From positions 1-57,556 of the forward strand of contig LWCA01000083.1 of the NCBI GenBank assembly GCA_001642005.1: a stretch of 57,556 nucleotides of DNA, read 5' to 3'. Positions 35,350 to 52,400 of the stretch are shown here, piece by piece; within the stretch, counting starts at the first letter, position 1; every line of letters starts with the position of its first letter. A model generated the notes under the pieces. That model worked only from the letters and a program-made list of their open reading frames with translations, made no database searches and was not told where the DNA came from. The position numbers and the translations under genes are program-made. This DNA comes from Intoshia linei (Eukaryota > Animalia > Orthonectida).

Positions 35350-38300
35350 ATGGACGATGAAATTAAACTCAAACCAGAATTTATGTAATTAATTATGCAT
35401 TGATTAAATATTGAATAGTAATAAGGGCTTTATGTATTTTATGCTTACAATTTTACTACGACTCATTTTTTTGAATATATATTTTACATTATATAAACTT
35501 AGCTGTCACATAGTTATATTTCGGTTAATAGGTGTAAAGCAATGGTTGCCGATTAAAATAGTGTACGGACCCCACTTAAAAATATGTATTTTTTTGACTC
35601 AAAGGAAACATGAAATGTAAAAGATTTATGAAAAAATTAAAGGTTTTTTCTCATAAGATTTGGTAAAATTGAATTTTTTATGTTGAGTTTTGGATTAGTA
35701 TTAATTGGATTAATAAGTTGTTGGCTAATAAGATTTGGTAAAATCGGATTTTTTAAAAAAAATATTGGAGAAACAATATTTCCATTAAGCGTTGGTAAAA
35801 TTGCATTTGTATATTGGGTTGAAATAAGAAGTTTATTTTCATAAGATTTGGTAAAATTGAATTTTTATATTGTGGTTTGATTAAGTGGATTTTCTTATAA
35901 AGTTTGGTAAAATCGGATTTTTCTCTGAGGCTTTGAAATAGTTTTTTATATTAAATTTTTGAAATAATGTATTAGTCGTTTAGGCTTTGGGATAAATTGT
36001 CAACATCTGGCAACTCTGTAATAAATATTAAAAACCCTTCTATAAAAATAAATTAAAGTTAATACAATTTTTTTTATATTCTATTTGAATCTCACGGACC
36101 CCAATTGGGAACCACTGATTAGTGACTGTAAAGCGATTTAATTTTAATGACCGGGTTGTCATGTACTCTTTATGTTTGGTATAATTAAAAATAAATATTT
36201 CAATTATAAAAATGGTTCTCAGAAAATGTGTTAAATTTTAGCAATCGGTTACCTAAAATTTGGTCTAGACTCTAGAATCTAGACTGAAAAATAGATATAT
36301 TAGTCTTTATATGACACAAATTATTACTAAGAATCGGTCGAATTAATGGATGATGTTTATGTTAAAAATTTAGCTCGAAAAGACAAAATGTAGACGTAAT
36401 ACCTGAAACTGACAAAAAGAAAATGAGAGGTTGTACAAAAAACAGACCTAGGGCGAATAAAAATTACAAAAATGACTTGCAATTATGTTCCAAAGTAGCA
36501 ATATCCGTAAAATGCGACATAGATACCTGTAAACGATGTCACAACATTGACGAATATCTGTCCTTAAAAATAAAAGATTTGGATGGACCTTGTCCTTTTG
36601 AATCTAAATTGGATAAATTTTGTCCTTATGGTTTAACATGCAGATATTCAAAATCTCACAGTTTAAAAAATTTAAATAGTAAAGATGTAAATACCCTAAA
36701 TTACTTTGAAACTTTTAAATCTGAGAGTAACGCATTTAATTTACCCACAAAATTGTTGCTTCAAAAAAAGAAGTACAATTTTGAGACTTCTAAATCGGTT
36801 ATTGCTGGAATCTGTCTTGATTTAAATAGGGACAGAGAAGATTTAATTGAAAAGGAGAATAATTTGGTAATCTATAAAGAAAATTTAATTATAATTAAAA
36901 TTTAGAGAAAAAATTTAAAAACTAAATTATATTTGGCTCCACTTACAACAGTATGAGACTAATTTCACTTATGATACTTAATTTAATGTTAGCTTGGAAA
37001 TTTACCATTTCGAAGAGTGTGTATAGACATGGGAGCTGAAATTACGTGTTCCGAAATGATTTTGGCAACTAGTTTACTCAGATCAAATGTTAGTGAACAT
37101 GCTCTTTTGCGTAGGCATGAATCAGAAAAATATTTTGGTATTCAGGTTATATTTTGTAATATCCATTTATTTACACAAAAATTAGTTGGCTGGTGGTTTT
37201 CCAGATACAATGACTAAAGCGACTCAGTATATTAATGAAAATTGTAACGTTGATTTTATTGATATCAACTGTGGTTGTCCAATCGACTTAATCTGCAACA
37301 AGGTGGATTATAGAAAAATTGGATATTCAATTTTATTTAGGGTGCCGGATCCATGTTAATGGTTAAGAAGAAAAAGCTATTTTCTATAGTTGATTGCATG
37401 CACAAGGTTTCCAATGTACCAATAACGGTAAAAATACGTACCGGTATAAAATACCAGGCAAATACTTCTCATTTACTACTTAAACAAACTTATCAACGTG
37501 GTGCTGTTGCTGTAACTGTAATTTATTATTTACATTATAGTCTCTTTATTTCTAATAAAAAATTTCAGTATTATATAAAAAAAATATAACATCTTCCGCG
37601 TTCTTTGAACCGGCTTTAAACAACTTGAAAGATATTTGTATAAAACTAAAGAATAGTGATCATAGCAAAGACTATTTTAAAAATTTATATATTCATAAAA
37701 CCAAAAATTGCGAGGAGATATCAGTGAAATTGCGTATATTGTACAGAATAGTTGGTTTGATCGTAGGTCCAAAAGGGGCAACTGAAAAGAATCCAACAAA
37801 AAACACTTTTATTGTAACACCTTCTCATGAGCGGGAACCGGTTTTTGAGTTAACTGTATCCAAATTAAATATAAAATCAGCATTTGACGAAATCAAAGAA
37901 TATGTAGTTAACCGTACCAATGCAGCAGTTTACTACAAATCATATGTGATACCAGGATCGGAAACTGTAATGTACGATTTAAAACAGGAACGTGATTTTG
38001 AAGAAAATATTTTAAAAATCAAAGATAAAGATTTAGTTAACACGGAAAATTCTTAAAATTTGAACAGTAAAAATACTCTTAAAGTAAACAGTTTATATAA
38101 TCAAATTCGTAAAGAAAAGGAAACTGAGCCAATATATAATAAATACATTAAAAAGTGTGCTATATTCTAAAGTGCTAAAAAATTTTTTTTATTTAGATGC
38201 ATGGCAGAAGTAAAGATCAGAGATATACAAAAAGATCAGATTGGGACTATTTGAAAACATGTTCCAGTGACAATCCTGATCAAATTTTTATTGGTAATTT

Positions 38301-40340
38301 TTTAATTTTACAGATACATCATATACATTGGTTAGACAGTTAATAAATCTTGCATATGCTTGTACTTTGTATCTGTTTGTAATGTCAACGATATCAACAT
38401 TAATGTCAAAAATGTAGAATTGATTCTTTTTCGGATTAACAAAAGGGCTAACTTTTCATATAAACTTGACCATTTTCGTTAAGTTCCGTATTAAACGAGT
38501 TATGCCAATATCATGTAACTTTTAAATTGCAAAAATTTCCTTTTTTAAATCATATGTCATTGTATTTGGGATTGAGTAAAACATTACATTTTATCAAGAA
38601 AAAACTTTCAATTTTAAAATTGATACAGAATGGAACTGCATAAATTAAATATTCTAAAGTATTCATTATTTGAATGAGGAAACTTTTTATGTGCAGTTTT
38701 ATTTCCTGATCTAGGTACAGAGACTGAGAAACGTTTTTGGAACCCCTATGTAACTATGTATAATGTATTTTAATTTTTTAATTGTAAATTATTTTAAGGT
38801 AATGGTGATATTTATACGCAACAAGAATATTATCAAAGATTAAACGATTATGGATGTGAAAATGTTATGATTGGAAGGTTTTCAAAATTTTGTCTAAGAT
38901 TCAATGTTTAATGCAGTGTTTCTCAGACTGCTCCGCATGAGATTATATTAGATCTTTTTTATTACTTTTGTTTGATTTTTTGTTTTATAATCCTTTACTT
39001 GTATAAAATTGAATGTCTGTTTATTTTACCGTTTATTTAAAAAATTAACATCGTATACTTTAAAAAACCCAATATCTAATATAGCTTATCGCAGGTGATG
39101 TGTATATGTACATTTTATTTTCCGAAATTGAGTTATTAGGGTCAAAAATCCAATTAGTTCTTTTTTTAAAATTAAAATGAGCATAAATTTTTTAAATTTG
39201 TTCAAAATAACAATTGGCGATTCGCCAACCGTTGAGAACTACAATATTAAACTTATTTATTTAATTTAGTTAAATTTATTTGCCACATTTTACCGGGTCG
39301 TCAAAATATTTTTACATTTGTTATAATTACTTATGCCTAGACTTGTATTATGTATTTTAGTTTTTGGCGTCTGCTGAAATTTCAAATTTGAAATGTTACC
39401 GTCATCATCGGTACATCTCATTTTCATAATTCAAATTGTAACGGTACATCTCTATATGTAAATGACACTAAAATGAGAGTCGTAAGAGTCTTAACACAAT
39501 AAAAAATAGAATTTCTATGGGGTCAAAAAATAATGTTATAAAATTAAACCTTAGTTGAGAATGTCTGATATATTGAACATTGAAACTTTCTAGAAGTGAT
39601 TTTATATAAATAGTATATCTATCTTTAGAGGAGCTTTAATAAAACCTTGGATTTTTCGCGAAATAAAAGATTCTAAAGATTGGGATATCAGTGCATCTGA
39701 AAGATTTGAAATTCTTAAAAAGTTTACAAATTATGGATTAATTCACTGGGGGTCAGATTTACGAGGTTATTTCTCTATTTTTTTTATTCTTTTTTAATGG
39801 ATTTTTTTATTTTGCCCCAAAAATAAATGTATTCATTTCCCGTTCGCTCATTATTTTTATTAATATTTAATGACCTGATATGTATAATACATTTAAATTT
39901 TTTAAGTAATCATGATAATTAGGTATTGAAACATGTAGACGATTTTTATTAGAATGGTTATCATTTTTATATCGATATGTTCCTATTGGAGTTTTGGAAT
40001 ATATGCCACCAAATAAACAAAAAATTAATGAAGTTAATCCTGAATTTGTCGGTAATATCTACATTTTTAAATTAATTAATTAATTTGTTCAATTAACTTT
40101 GTAAAGTACTTTTTACGAATATATATTTATATTTAGCTAGAAATGATTTGGAGAAATTAATGACTAGTAAAAATTGTAAAGATTGGATTACTATAAGGTT
40201 ACCTATTTAGATATTACATTTTTATAAATATTATTTATATATTTTATATTAATAATTACAGTGAAATGCTACTGGGAAAAGTGAAAGAACCATTTTATTT
40301 TGAGCCTAAACATAAAGCAAATTCTTATACACCATTGTAA
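35350..40340 (+). CDS. DUS3L: tRNA-dihydrouridine(47) synthase-like, 12 exons
   Basis: Exons 35350-35384, 36374-36866, 36906-36950, 36993-37145, 37186-37302, 37341-37517, 38197-38293, 38799-38877, 39629-39765, 39923-40051, 40137-40197, 40262-40340. CCCH fingers, [63 protein letters not shown]-terminal PKHKANSY. Confidence 0.95.
35640..35930. repeat. Array of AAGATTTGGTAAAAT(T/C)G subrepeats of the foldback family
   Basis: About five degenerate copies in DUS3L intron 1. Same motif as in 12216-12600, with a reversed remnant at ~55530-55700. Confidence 0.6.
37625..38170 (+). pseudogene. Decayed MEX-3 RNA-binding protein fragment (second KH domain) inside DUS3L intron 6
   Basis: [18 protein letters not shown]...[17 protein letters not shown]....[13 protein letters not shown] matches MEX-3 KH2. 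KRIQQKT is present in a shifted frame. No ATG start, and an in-frame TAA at 38054. Confidence 0.75.
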
Positions 40341-41335
40341 ATGTGTTTTCATACACTAATAAAAATTTTATATTCATTTTTGTTTAATCTGGGCCAAAGT
40401 TGGAGGAAATAAAATAAAATTACATTATTAATTTTATTCAGTAATTCAAAAATTGGTTTATAACCCAGTCTGTATTATTTTCATGTCAGAGCATCTAATT
40501 TAACCACATGAACCTTTATGCAATGGTTCCCAAAAAATATATTGTCGACCCACTTAACAGTATACAAATATTTTTAGAAAAAATCAATTACTACAAAATA
40601 GTGAATATGTTTATTATATTATTATAACAGCAACTAAAAAATGTTATCTTTTAACAATACTGGTTTTATTTTCGTTATAAAGCATACTTTAATATAGTTG
40701 TCACCCTAGCTACTAGGGCATAGTATACAAACAATTGTAAATGTATGATTGTTCTATTTTGTTTATATACGTGCTATTATCTCGTAAGAGTTAATAACAT
40801 TTAAATTTATTATAATCCGAATTTCAAGAATTTTATATTATACATGTATTATATTATCATGTAAATAAAATTAATGTTAACGATTCTAATTTAATTTTAA
40901 AATTTTTCTTAAATCTGCGGCTCCCTCAGACTCTGTAGGTGCACCTTGTGGGGCCAAGCCCCCCATTTGTGAGCCATTGCTCTATGGTCCATTCACGTTT
41001 TGTGGTTGTCAGGAATAACAGGCTAAGAAAATTATTACTTTTAGTCTATTTCAGGGGATATATGTATCTTGTGTAAATCACTCGTTTGTTTGTTGGTTAT
41101 TGTTATTTTAAATTGTTGGTGTCACAAAAAAAAACATATGAAAGCACTGCGTTATAACTTAGAATTGTGTTTTTTTTATGGTTTATGACAAAGAGAATTG
41201 AAATTTGGAAAATTTATTTTGATATATTTTAAACGAACAGTAGAATTTATAACATCAAATACTAAAGCCTTAGAACTTGATCTTAATGAATTGTAACCCT
41301 GATTTTCCAAATAAACTAAAATATCAATTGAAAAT

Positions 41336-44790
<3,455 letters not shown>

Positions 44791-44808
44791 TAATAATGAT
44801 TAAATAAA

Positions 44809-45072
44809 TTACTCTACAAATATATAACGATCTTCAACATTTGGATTCTTCAATTTGATTAAATATATAATCATGCACTTTTCAATATTTTTTGATTCCA
44901 TATGATTTTCATAACAGGCTTCAACGCAGCGTTCCTTCATGTTGTTATTGAAGCAATAATCGCATATATCGTAACATCCCATCATACTTCTAGGTTTCCG
45001 TATATTGCATTTAACAACTTGACAAATTGAAAATATAAAAGCAGTCAATATTAATAAATAAAAACTTTTCAT
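44809..45072 (-). CDS. Secreted six-cysteine peptide precursor, eclosion-hormone-like
   Basis: Signal peptide MKSFYLLILTAFIFSICQVVKC, followed by C-x3-C-x2-C-x8-C-x3-C-x12-C (CYDICDYCFNNNMKERCVEACYENHMESKNIEKC). Single exon. Confidence 0.7.
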   Translation of the reverse strand: MKSFYLLILTAFIFSICQVVKCNIRKPRSMMGCYDICDYCFNNNMKERCVEACYENHMESKNIEKCMIIYLIKLKNPNVEDRYIFVE

Positions 45073-46429
45073 TAAAGTAGAAACAAAGAAATGATTAAGA
45101 AATAAAAAATAACAATTTCATATATAAATTCAACAAATTGATTAATTGATACAAATAGAATACGTCATAATTTATATGACTATTAAACTGCACGGTTGTA
45201 CTATAATAATTAATTAGCTGAATTATTTAATCCGACTTTTATTATTATTATTGTATTTATATTTTATTTTAATTATTTTATAATTAATTTTATTTAATCT
45301 CTAGTATTAAAATTTTTAGAATCTTTATGGCTTATTTTAATCCAATTTATTTAATTAAATTTTTAGGCTTATTAGCTTAGTATTTTTTTTAATTAGAGTA
45401 ACTCCAATACAATTGAGTCACGATTGAGCTAAGAGATGTACACAATGTAAATAATAATACTATACTATTAAATCTACTATATCATACATGATATATACAA
45501 TAGGGTGTCAACGGTATCTTAAATGCAATGCCGCTCAGGAATAATTAGATGCTTATATGCATTTAAAGTGTTAATTTGTTGAAAAAAATTATTTTTATAC
45601 ATTAATGAACTCGCAGGCTCCAATTAATTTTTCAAAATAATATTTAAACTTTTATAAAAATAAACATATGTTTACTCTATTTTAACCTTTTTATTTTAAT
45701 TTTCTTGGATTTTTAGTAGTTTTGTCATGAAAAATTGTTAATCTAATCATTAAATTCTAATGATATCAGGTTTGTTTTTCCAATCGACTTTGTTAGAATA
45801 TTTTAAATGAGTTCAATAAGATGATCATTAACGATTAGTTATATATTATTAGGGTCTTAAATAATTTACAGATTAAGTTTTAATCTGAAAGATTAATAAA
45901 CAATAACTTATTGTACTATTTTCTTATTATCTACTTAACTATACATACACCAATGTAAGTAATAACTAAATTTATGATTATGTAGTTGCGTTTTAGTCAT
46001 TAATAATTAAACCATAAATAAACTACGTATTTTCTTGTCGTAGAACATTTCTGAAAAACCTATCAATTTTGCCAATTGCCAACATTTAGTAGTACCAAAT
46101 AGGTACCTATAAACTGAAAAAAAATACTACTAAAAATAAAATATATTAACAGTGGATGTCACCTACATGGCCTATGTAAATAAAAGCTTCAAAATGGAGT
46201 TAAATCAAAATTTAAAAAATAGATAATGTAGAAAACATTTCATTGATCACAGCGCAAATATTTTAAATTCGAAATAATTAACGCATAACAACAAATACTA
46301 ATTATTAAAAATAAAAATAACTAAAACTAATTAAATCAAAGCAAAATATAACTCGGTTCGAGATTGTTTGCTATTAATTATACAATTATGACACGAGATT
46401 GACACGCGTTCGTTTATTTTTGCATTTAA

Positions 46430-47370
46430 CCCTTACGAGACTATGCTGATTTTCGAAATTGAAAGCAAAAAATTTCACTTTTGAAATGTTAAAAAACACT
46501 AAAATTTAAAGCTCAAAATTCACAAATTTCAAATGTTATTGCTTTATAAAGTGAACAACTTAAATTTGGCTTTAATATTTGGCCAAGAATTAGCAATAAA
46601 ATTTATTTAATTTATGACATGCAATTACAGTCACGTCTCATCTATTGTAATTCAAATATATAAATGTGTCAACATTTAATTTAGTCTTTGCTTCCGATAA
46701 AATCCTTATTTTAACCTTCCTTTATTTTTAATTAATAATCAAATTAGGTGTTTATAATTAAATTGAACAATACATAATGATATTTTAAACATTAATTTTG
46801 ATTAATTATTACAGAAACATGAATAAATTACAGAACTAACAAACTAGAGCAGGGTTCCTAACATTTATTGCACCAGCGCCGACTTTTCCATAATTATTTA
46901 TTATAATTATAAAATTGAAAATATAAAAATATTTATTATAATATTTTGATCAACACTGTAAATTATTATATTTTCTAAAATTCTCCAACGCCCGCAGAAA
47001 ATTTCAAAACGACCACATTGCGAATGTCTGAACTAGAAAAATTTAAATTTGACACTTTTTTTTATGCCAGAATTCAGATGATGTGACATTTTTGTAGTAA
47101 AATATAGCAAATAAATAGTAAAATATAATGAATTATAACTTTCTCTCGTAATCGTAATCGAATATTTTATTGTCAGCACTATGTAAACAGTGATAATAAA
47201 ATTAATTTTATGAGCAGTAATTTGTTTCAAATTTATATTGGTACCGCCTTATTATGGTGTGTATACAAACCAATGTAAATTTATGTGTGTAGTTTTTGGC
47301 ATCTATACAAACCAATATGAATTTGTGAGTGTAGTTTTTAACATCTATACATGCAATTGTCTCGTAACGG
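46430..47370. mobile_element. piggyBac-type MITE
   Basis: TTAA/CCCTTACGAGAC ... GTCTCGTAACGG/TTAA. A further end of the same family lies at 54492-54507. Internal ~42-bp tandem duplication at ~47262-47350. Confidence 0.75.
46850..47030. mobile_element. Short hAT MITE nested in the piggyBac element
   Basis: CAGGGTTCCTAA ... TTGCGAATGTCTG with 8-bp TSD AACTAGAG / AACTAGAA. Confidence 0.6.
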
Positions 47371-49456
47371 TTAAGTATGATTGTTTTTAAGAATAATAAA
47401 AATTTGTTACTTGTGTTTTAACATAAAATAATAATTATCGAAATATGACCACAATATATTTAGTTGGCCACCGGGAAGTATCATTTTTATGGTAATATAT
47501 CATTAGTATCGGAATAATAATTTAAATTTTTTATTCTAAAATAAAAATCTATAAATAAATATATACAAGTGTAATTAGTCCTGATCTGTAGATAATTCAT
47601 CTCTAAAATAAAAAAATTTTCATCGAAATACTAAGTAGGTTAGTTGAACGAAATTTTATAATTTTGATTTAGATGTTCCAAAAATTCCGTTAAATTTGAC
47701 TTATACTTTAAATATGTTACCGTCGGTTTGAAGTATTATACTAATACATAGAACATTTTCCAACTTTTTAACGAATTTCTCACAAATTATATTATGAAAG
47801 TGAAGGGATAATCATTAATTAATAATCTGAAAATTACAGATACATATGTCGCGTATTTACCAAAATAATTAAACAACAATATTGTTTTTAAAAACGTTAA
47901 ATTTGATTAGTTGTATTTTTCAATATTTTAAATACATATATGAACTTAAAATATGACGAGGAATCTTTTAAAGCTGTTTTTAAATATGTAACTGAATAAA
48001 AAAAATGACGTCAAATTATCAAAAAACAAAGTTTTTTATTGATTTTCTTGTAAAATTTTATTTTGTTTTGATAAACGTATCCATCAAATTATGATCACAA
48101 ATTTTGAGTAGTTTCTATCGCATCGTTTTTTTGTTATTTATCATTTATTAATTGTTCAAAATTAGTATCATGGTTAGGTGTATATCAAAAATATAAATTA
48201 ATATCGAAGGGTTTTTTTAAATTGACTAATTCATTTATTAATCCAATTAAAAAAATATCTCTTTGCACCTCTTGAGGTGCTGCTCCCCGTTAAGAACAAT
48301 TACTTAAGACCAGGAGTTTTACTACAATTTTTTTTGAGTATACAAATATAAGGATATTGAAAAAAAATTTAATTTACATGTATTTTACAATAATAATATG
48401 TAATTAATAAAAGAAAAATTTATAAATTAATAATCTACATAATTACTCAAAGTGCCACCAAAATTATTCTGTGGCTCACTGGTTGTTGGCCCCTGATTTA
48501 AACGCTTAAAATAATTGAATTATCTCAACTCAATCATCTGTCATGTTTTATGGGAAATTTTATTTCTAATCTATAAGAAAAAGAAAGAAAGTTTCAACAA
48601 ATAAAAGTTTGATAACCTCAAACTATTTCTCAAGAATTTTAATTTTAGATTGTGTCAATTTAGAATCCTTACTTAAAAAGTTGAAAAAGTTCACTGTCTC
48701 GCAAACTACATTACAATCCATTGTGGGTAAAATACATGTACATTGTACAACTTTAGTATAAGTATTTCTTATACTCGAATTCGACCAAGGGTCGCATATG
48801 ATTTGTTTCGCTCATATCCGTTCTAGACATGGTTCGATTTGAAAAACATAATTAAAAATTTTTCACCAAACATAAATTGATAAATGTTGAAAGATAATTA
48901 TAAAATAAGATTTAGTAGTTAAGATTATGACAAAGCAATAATCGATACTTTTAAAATTACCAAACAATCTAGAAAACTTGGCTATTTATAACTCAACATT
49001 TAAATATAAAAATATAACGGTGATATTTGAAATACATATCAATTCAAAATTTACCAATTTACCAATTTATTAGCGCGTGAACCAAACAAAAGAACATTCA
49101 TTACAGTATTATAGAAAAAAGGAATAAAACTGACACACCGCCAAGTATTGATATTTAAATTTAAAAATACTTGTTTCATCTATCAATAGACATGAATTAA
49201 TCAATCATTGTACCATTTTCAATTTCCATTTCCAAATCAGAGACAAACTCAATAGTTTAAAACACCCAAATTCATCATAGTGTGATGTAGTTGTAATTTA
49301 ATTACAGACATATCTATTTATTTTAAAAAATTATACAGCTGTTTACACGTAAACAATTTAATTTAGCCTAATATATGGCCATTTAATGCAATATTTTACT
49401 TTTTTGCTTTTTAAATTTGTTTGTTTACCATATTTATATGATAATTCTCATAGGAT

Positions 49457-52400
49457 ATGATGATTTTGATTATAATTAATTGTTTCTTTCTTGTTTCAAC
49501 CAAAATTATGTATAAAGCTTATATTTGCGAGGATAAGGCTTATCAAATCACCTGTCAAAATATAGAGTAAAATTACTGTAGTTTCATTTTTAATTTTTAA
49601 TACTTTAGAAATAAAAATCAACTTTATATATTCATAAAATTAGCATTTTATGGACGCAGAAATGCCAATGTTTGTAAACATTTGTATAATAATGTTCAAC
49701 AAGAAATAATCAACTACGAACAGCATGGTCCATGTTTTACCATTGCGCCAGTTCAGTATTTAATGCAAAGGTTTATTGTTTGCCAATATATTACTAGCAT
49801 AAGATATCCATATTCACTTTTTTTTTTTGAAAAATTTTTAGTGAAATTGTTTTAATTTAAATGATACCGAAAACTATAGTATATACTAGGTTGACTGTTA
49901 TGTAATACGTACAAACAGCACCTAGATTTATAGCACCTAGATTTATAGCACCTAAATTTTTTGTATGTGTTGACAGGATACAACTGTACCACCTGTAAAT
50001 TTTTTTAAATTCTAGGACTGTTTTCATTAAAAAAAAGGGTAATTTGATGTTTTGGCCCTGAAGATATATTTTTTTTAAATTTAGATTTATGACAATATTT
50101 ATGATTTTAAAATCCGTATCAGAGTATATATTTTTTTAAATTCTCAAACTCGTTTGATTTTCAAAAAAAAAGGATAATTGGGCTTTTTGACCCGTAAGAT
50201 GTGAGTTTGGGAAGTTGAAATTTATTTTGCTAACACTCCGGAAGAAACTGTAATTGAAATGTGGACTTCATACAATTCTAAGACTAGTAGTTATTAAAAT
50301 AAACGGTAACACACACACAAACAAATGTTGCATAGCATATTATATAAGTAAGGATTATAGTATAGTAAAGCTAGTTATAAATATAAAAACTTGCCAATAA
50401 TTTCATCCCGATTATATTTAATGTAGATGCAACAAAAATAAAACATGCTTTGTTGAAGCTTCAACGAGTCTATTTGGAAATCCTTGTATAAATATTAAAA
50501 AATATTTATACATTGAATATTACTGTATTCATAAATGTAATTATTACAATTCTATTATATTAATAGCTTTACTGTTATGTACTTAGTACAAAGAGCATCC
50601 TAGCTCTACCGAAGGTGGAATTTTTTAATTCTACCAAAAAAATAAATTCAATAATAGAATCTTATTTAAAAATGCTACTATTCACAATTATCAATCTTTT
50701 AAAGGAGTGGTTTCTAAACTGGTTTAGCCATGGACCCTTCACTTCGCATTACCTTTTAATTTAAAGTGAATTATTCCCAGTTACAATTATTTTGTTTTGT
50801 TAACAGATGTCTAAAGAAACTTTAAAAACAATTTTGTGATCCCATTTTTTTAATTTATTAGAGAGAATCAGAGTATAATCTTAAAAATAAAGTCAAAAAA
50901 CTACAATCTTAAAAATTGTCATAAATAGCTTAAATTCCAGAAAAAATAAAATTAAAAAAACTTAATCTCTTTATTGGAACGATGTGTAGACTGTACTATG
51001 TTCATTGAACATTTTATTGGAAATTATTAAATGAATATTTAAATTTTACATTTGTTAATCCAAACATTTGAAAAATATTGGTTCATAATATATTAAGTTA
51101 TTTTTCATCGGGAATGCGTAGATTTCTGGGGTTGAAATTTTGTATTTATATCAACTGGAATAATCTTTTTTTTTAATATTGGAACTGTTAATTATTTCCC
51201 ATTTTTTGTTTTAATAGAATAATTCGGAAAAAAATATATTAATACTAAAAGGGTTTTTTATAACCGTGAAGGCGGAATTTATTAAGGTTGAAATTTTTGC
51301 GTGTGTTAATAGGATACAACTGTATCACCAGTAAATTTTTTAAATTCTTGGGCTGTTTTCATTAAAAAAAATAATAATTTGTGGTTTTGGCCTGAAGATA
51401 TTTTTTTTTAAATTTAAATTTATGATTTTAAAATCCGTATCAGAAGTATTTTTTTAAATTCTTAAACCCGTTTTATTTTCAAAAAAAGGACAATTGGGCT
51501 TTTTGACCCGTAATATGTGAGTTTGGGAGATTGAAATTTATTTTGCTAACACCCCCGGAGAAAATTGTAAGACTGGTAGTTATTGAAATAAACAATAATA
51601 CACACACATAGATAAACAAAGCACATTATATAAGTAAGGATAATTATATTTTGAGTAATTTAATTTACTGTGAAATTAAATTAATTTATTTTTCAATATA
51701 AAAAGTTTGAAATTCCCTGCTGTAGTGGGTAATAATTTTAATAATTTTAGCCAACAAAATTTTTTCTTTAACAGAAATAGAACTTAGAATGGATCATTAT
51801 GTCAAAAAACAAAATACTGATAACAAAGAATCAGATAAATACATTTTAAAGTGTCAGAGTGAATATCATTTATTAAATAATGTAAATAAATTGACATTTT
51901 GGGATAAGACAAATGTTGGAAATTTTGCTACAAGTACATGTGGATTGAATGGAAATAAAAGTAAATATTTTTAATTTCAGATTTATTTTTAATTTTCTAT
52001 AATTAGACAATACGGTTCACAGATTTTGTCATTTGAATACATCGTGGAGTAATGTATATCAAATAGATAATTGTTATAAATCTTACAAAATGGTGGATAT
52101 AAAAGATGATTTGTTTATATTTAATCACCTTTTAACACTTAATACGCTATCACCTATCAAGTCAACTAAGAGTTATAATTTCAACTATACTAAACAATAT
52201 TTAACGGTAATATACAATGTACATTAACATGTAGCTTTTTGTTATTAATTATTTTATTCAAAAATCCATTTTTAAAATATGCTAAAAAATTAACTCTAAA
52301 ACAAATTTCAAGATTTGGTTAAGCAATTACTTAAATTTCCATAAAATAACTTGAAAAGTCATTTTTCAATTTAAAATTTTTATAAGATAAATTTAGGATA

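Noticed and set aside
47400-49300. Scattered exon-like segments (e.g. 48649-48726, DCVNLESLLKKLKKF...)
   Set aside because: Could not be chained into a consistent gene or assigned to a family; remains unresolved.
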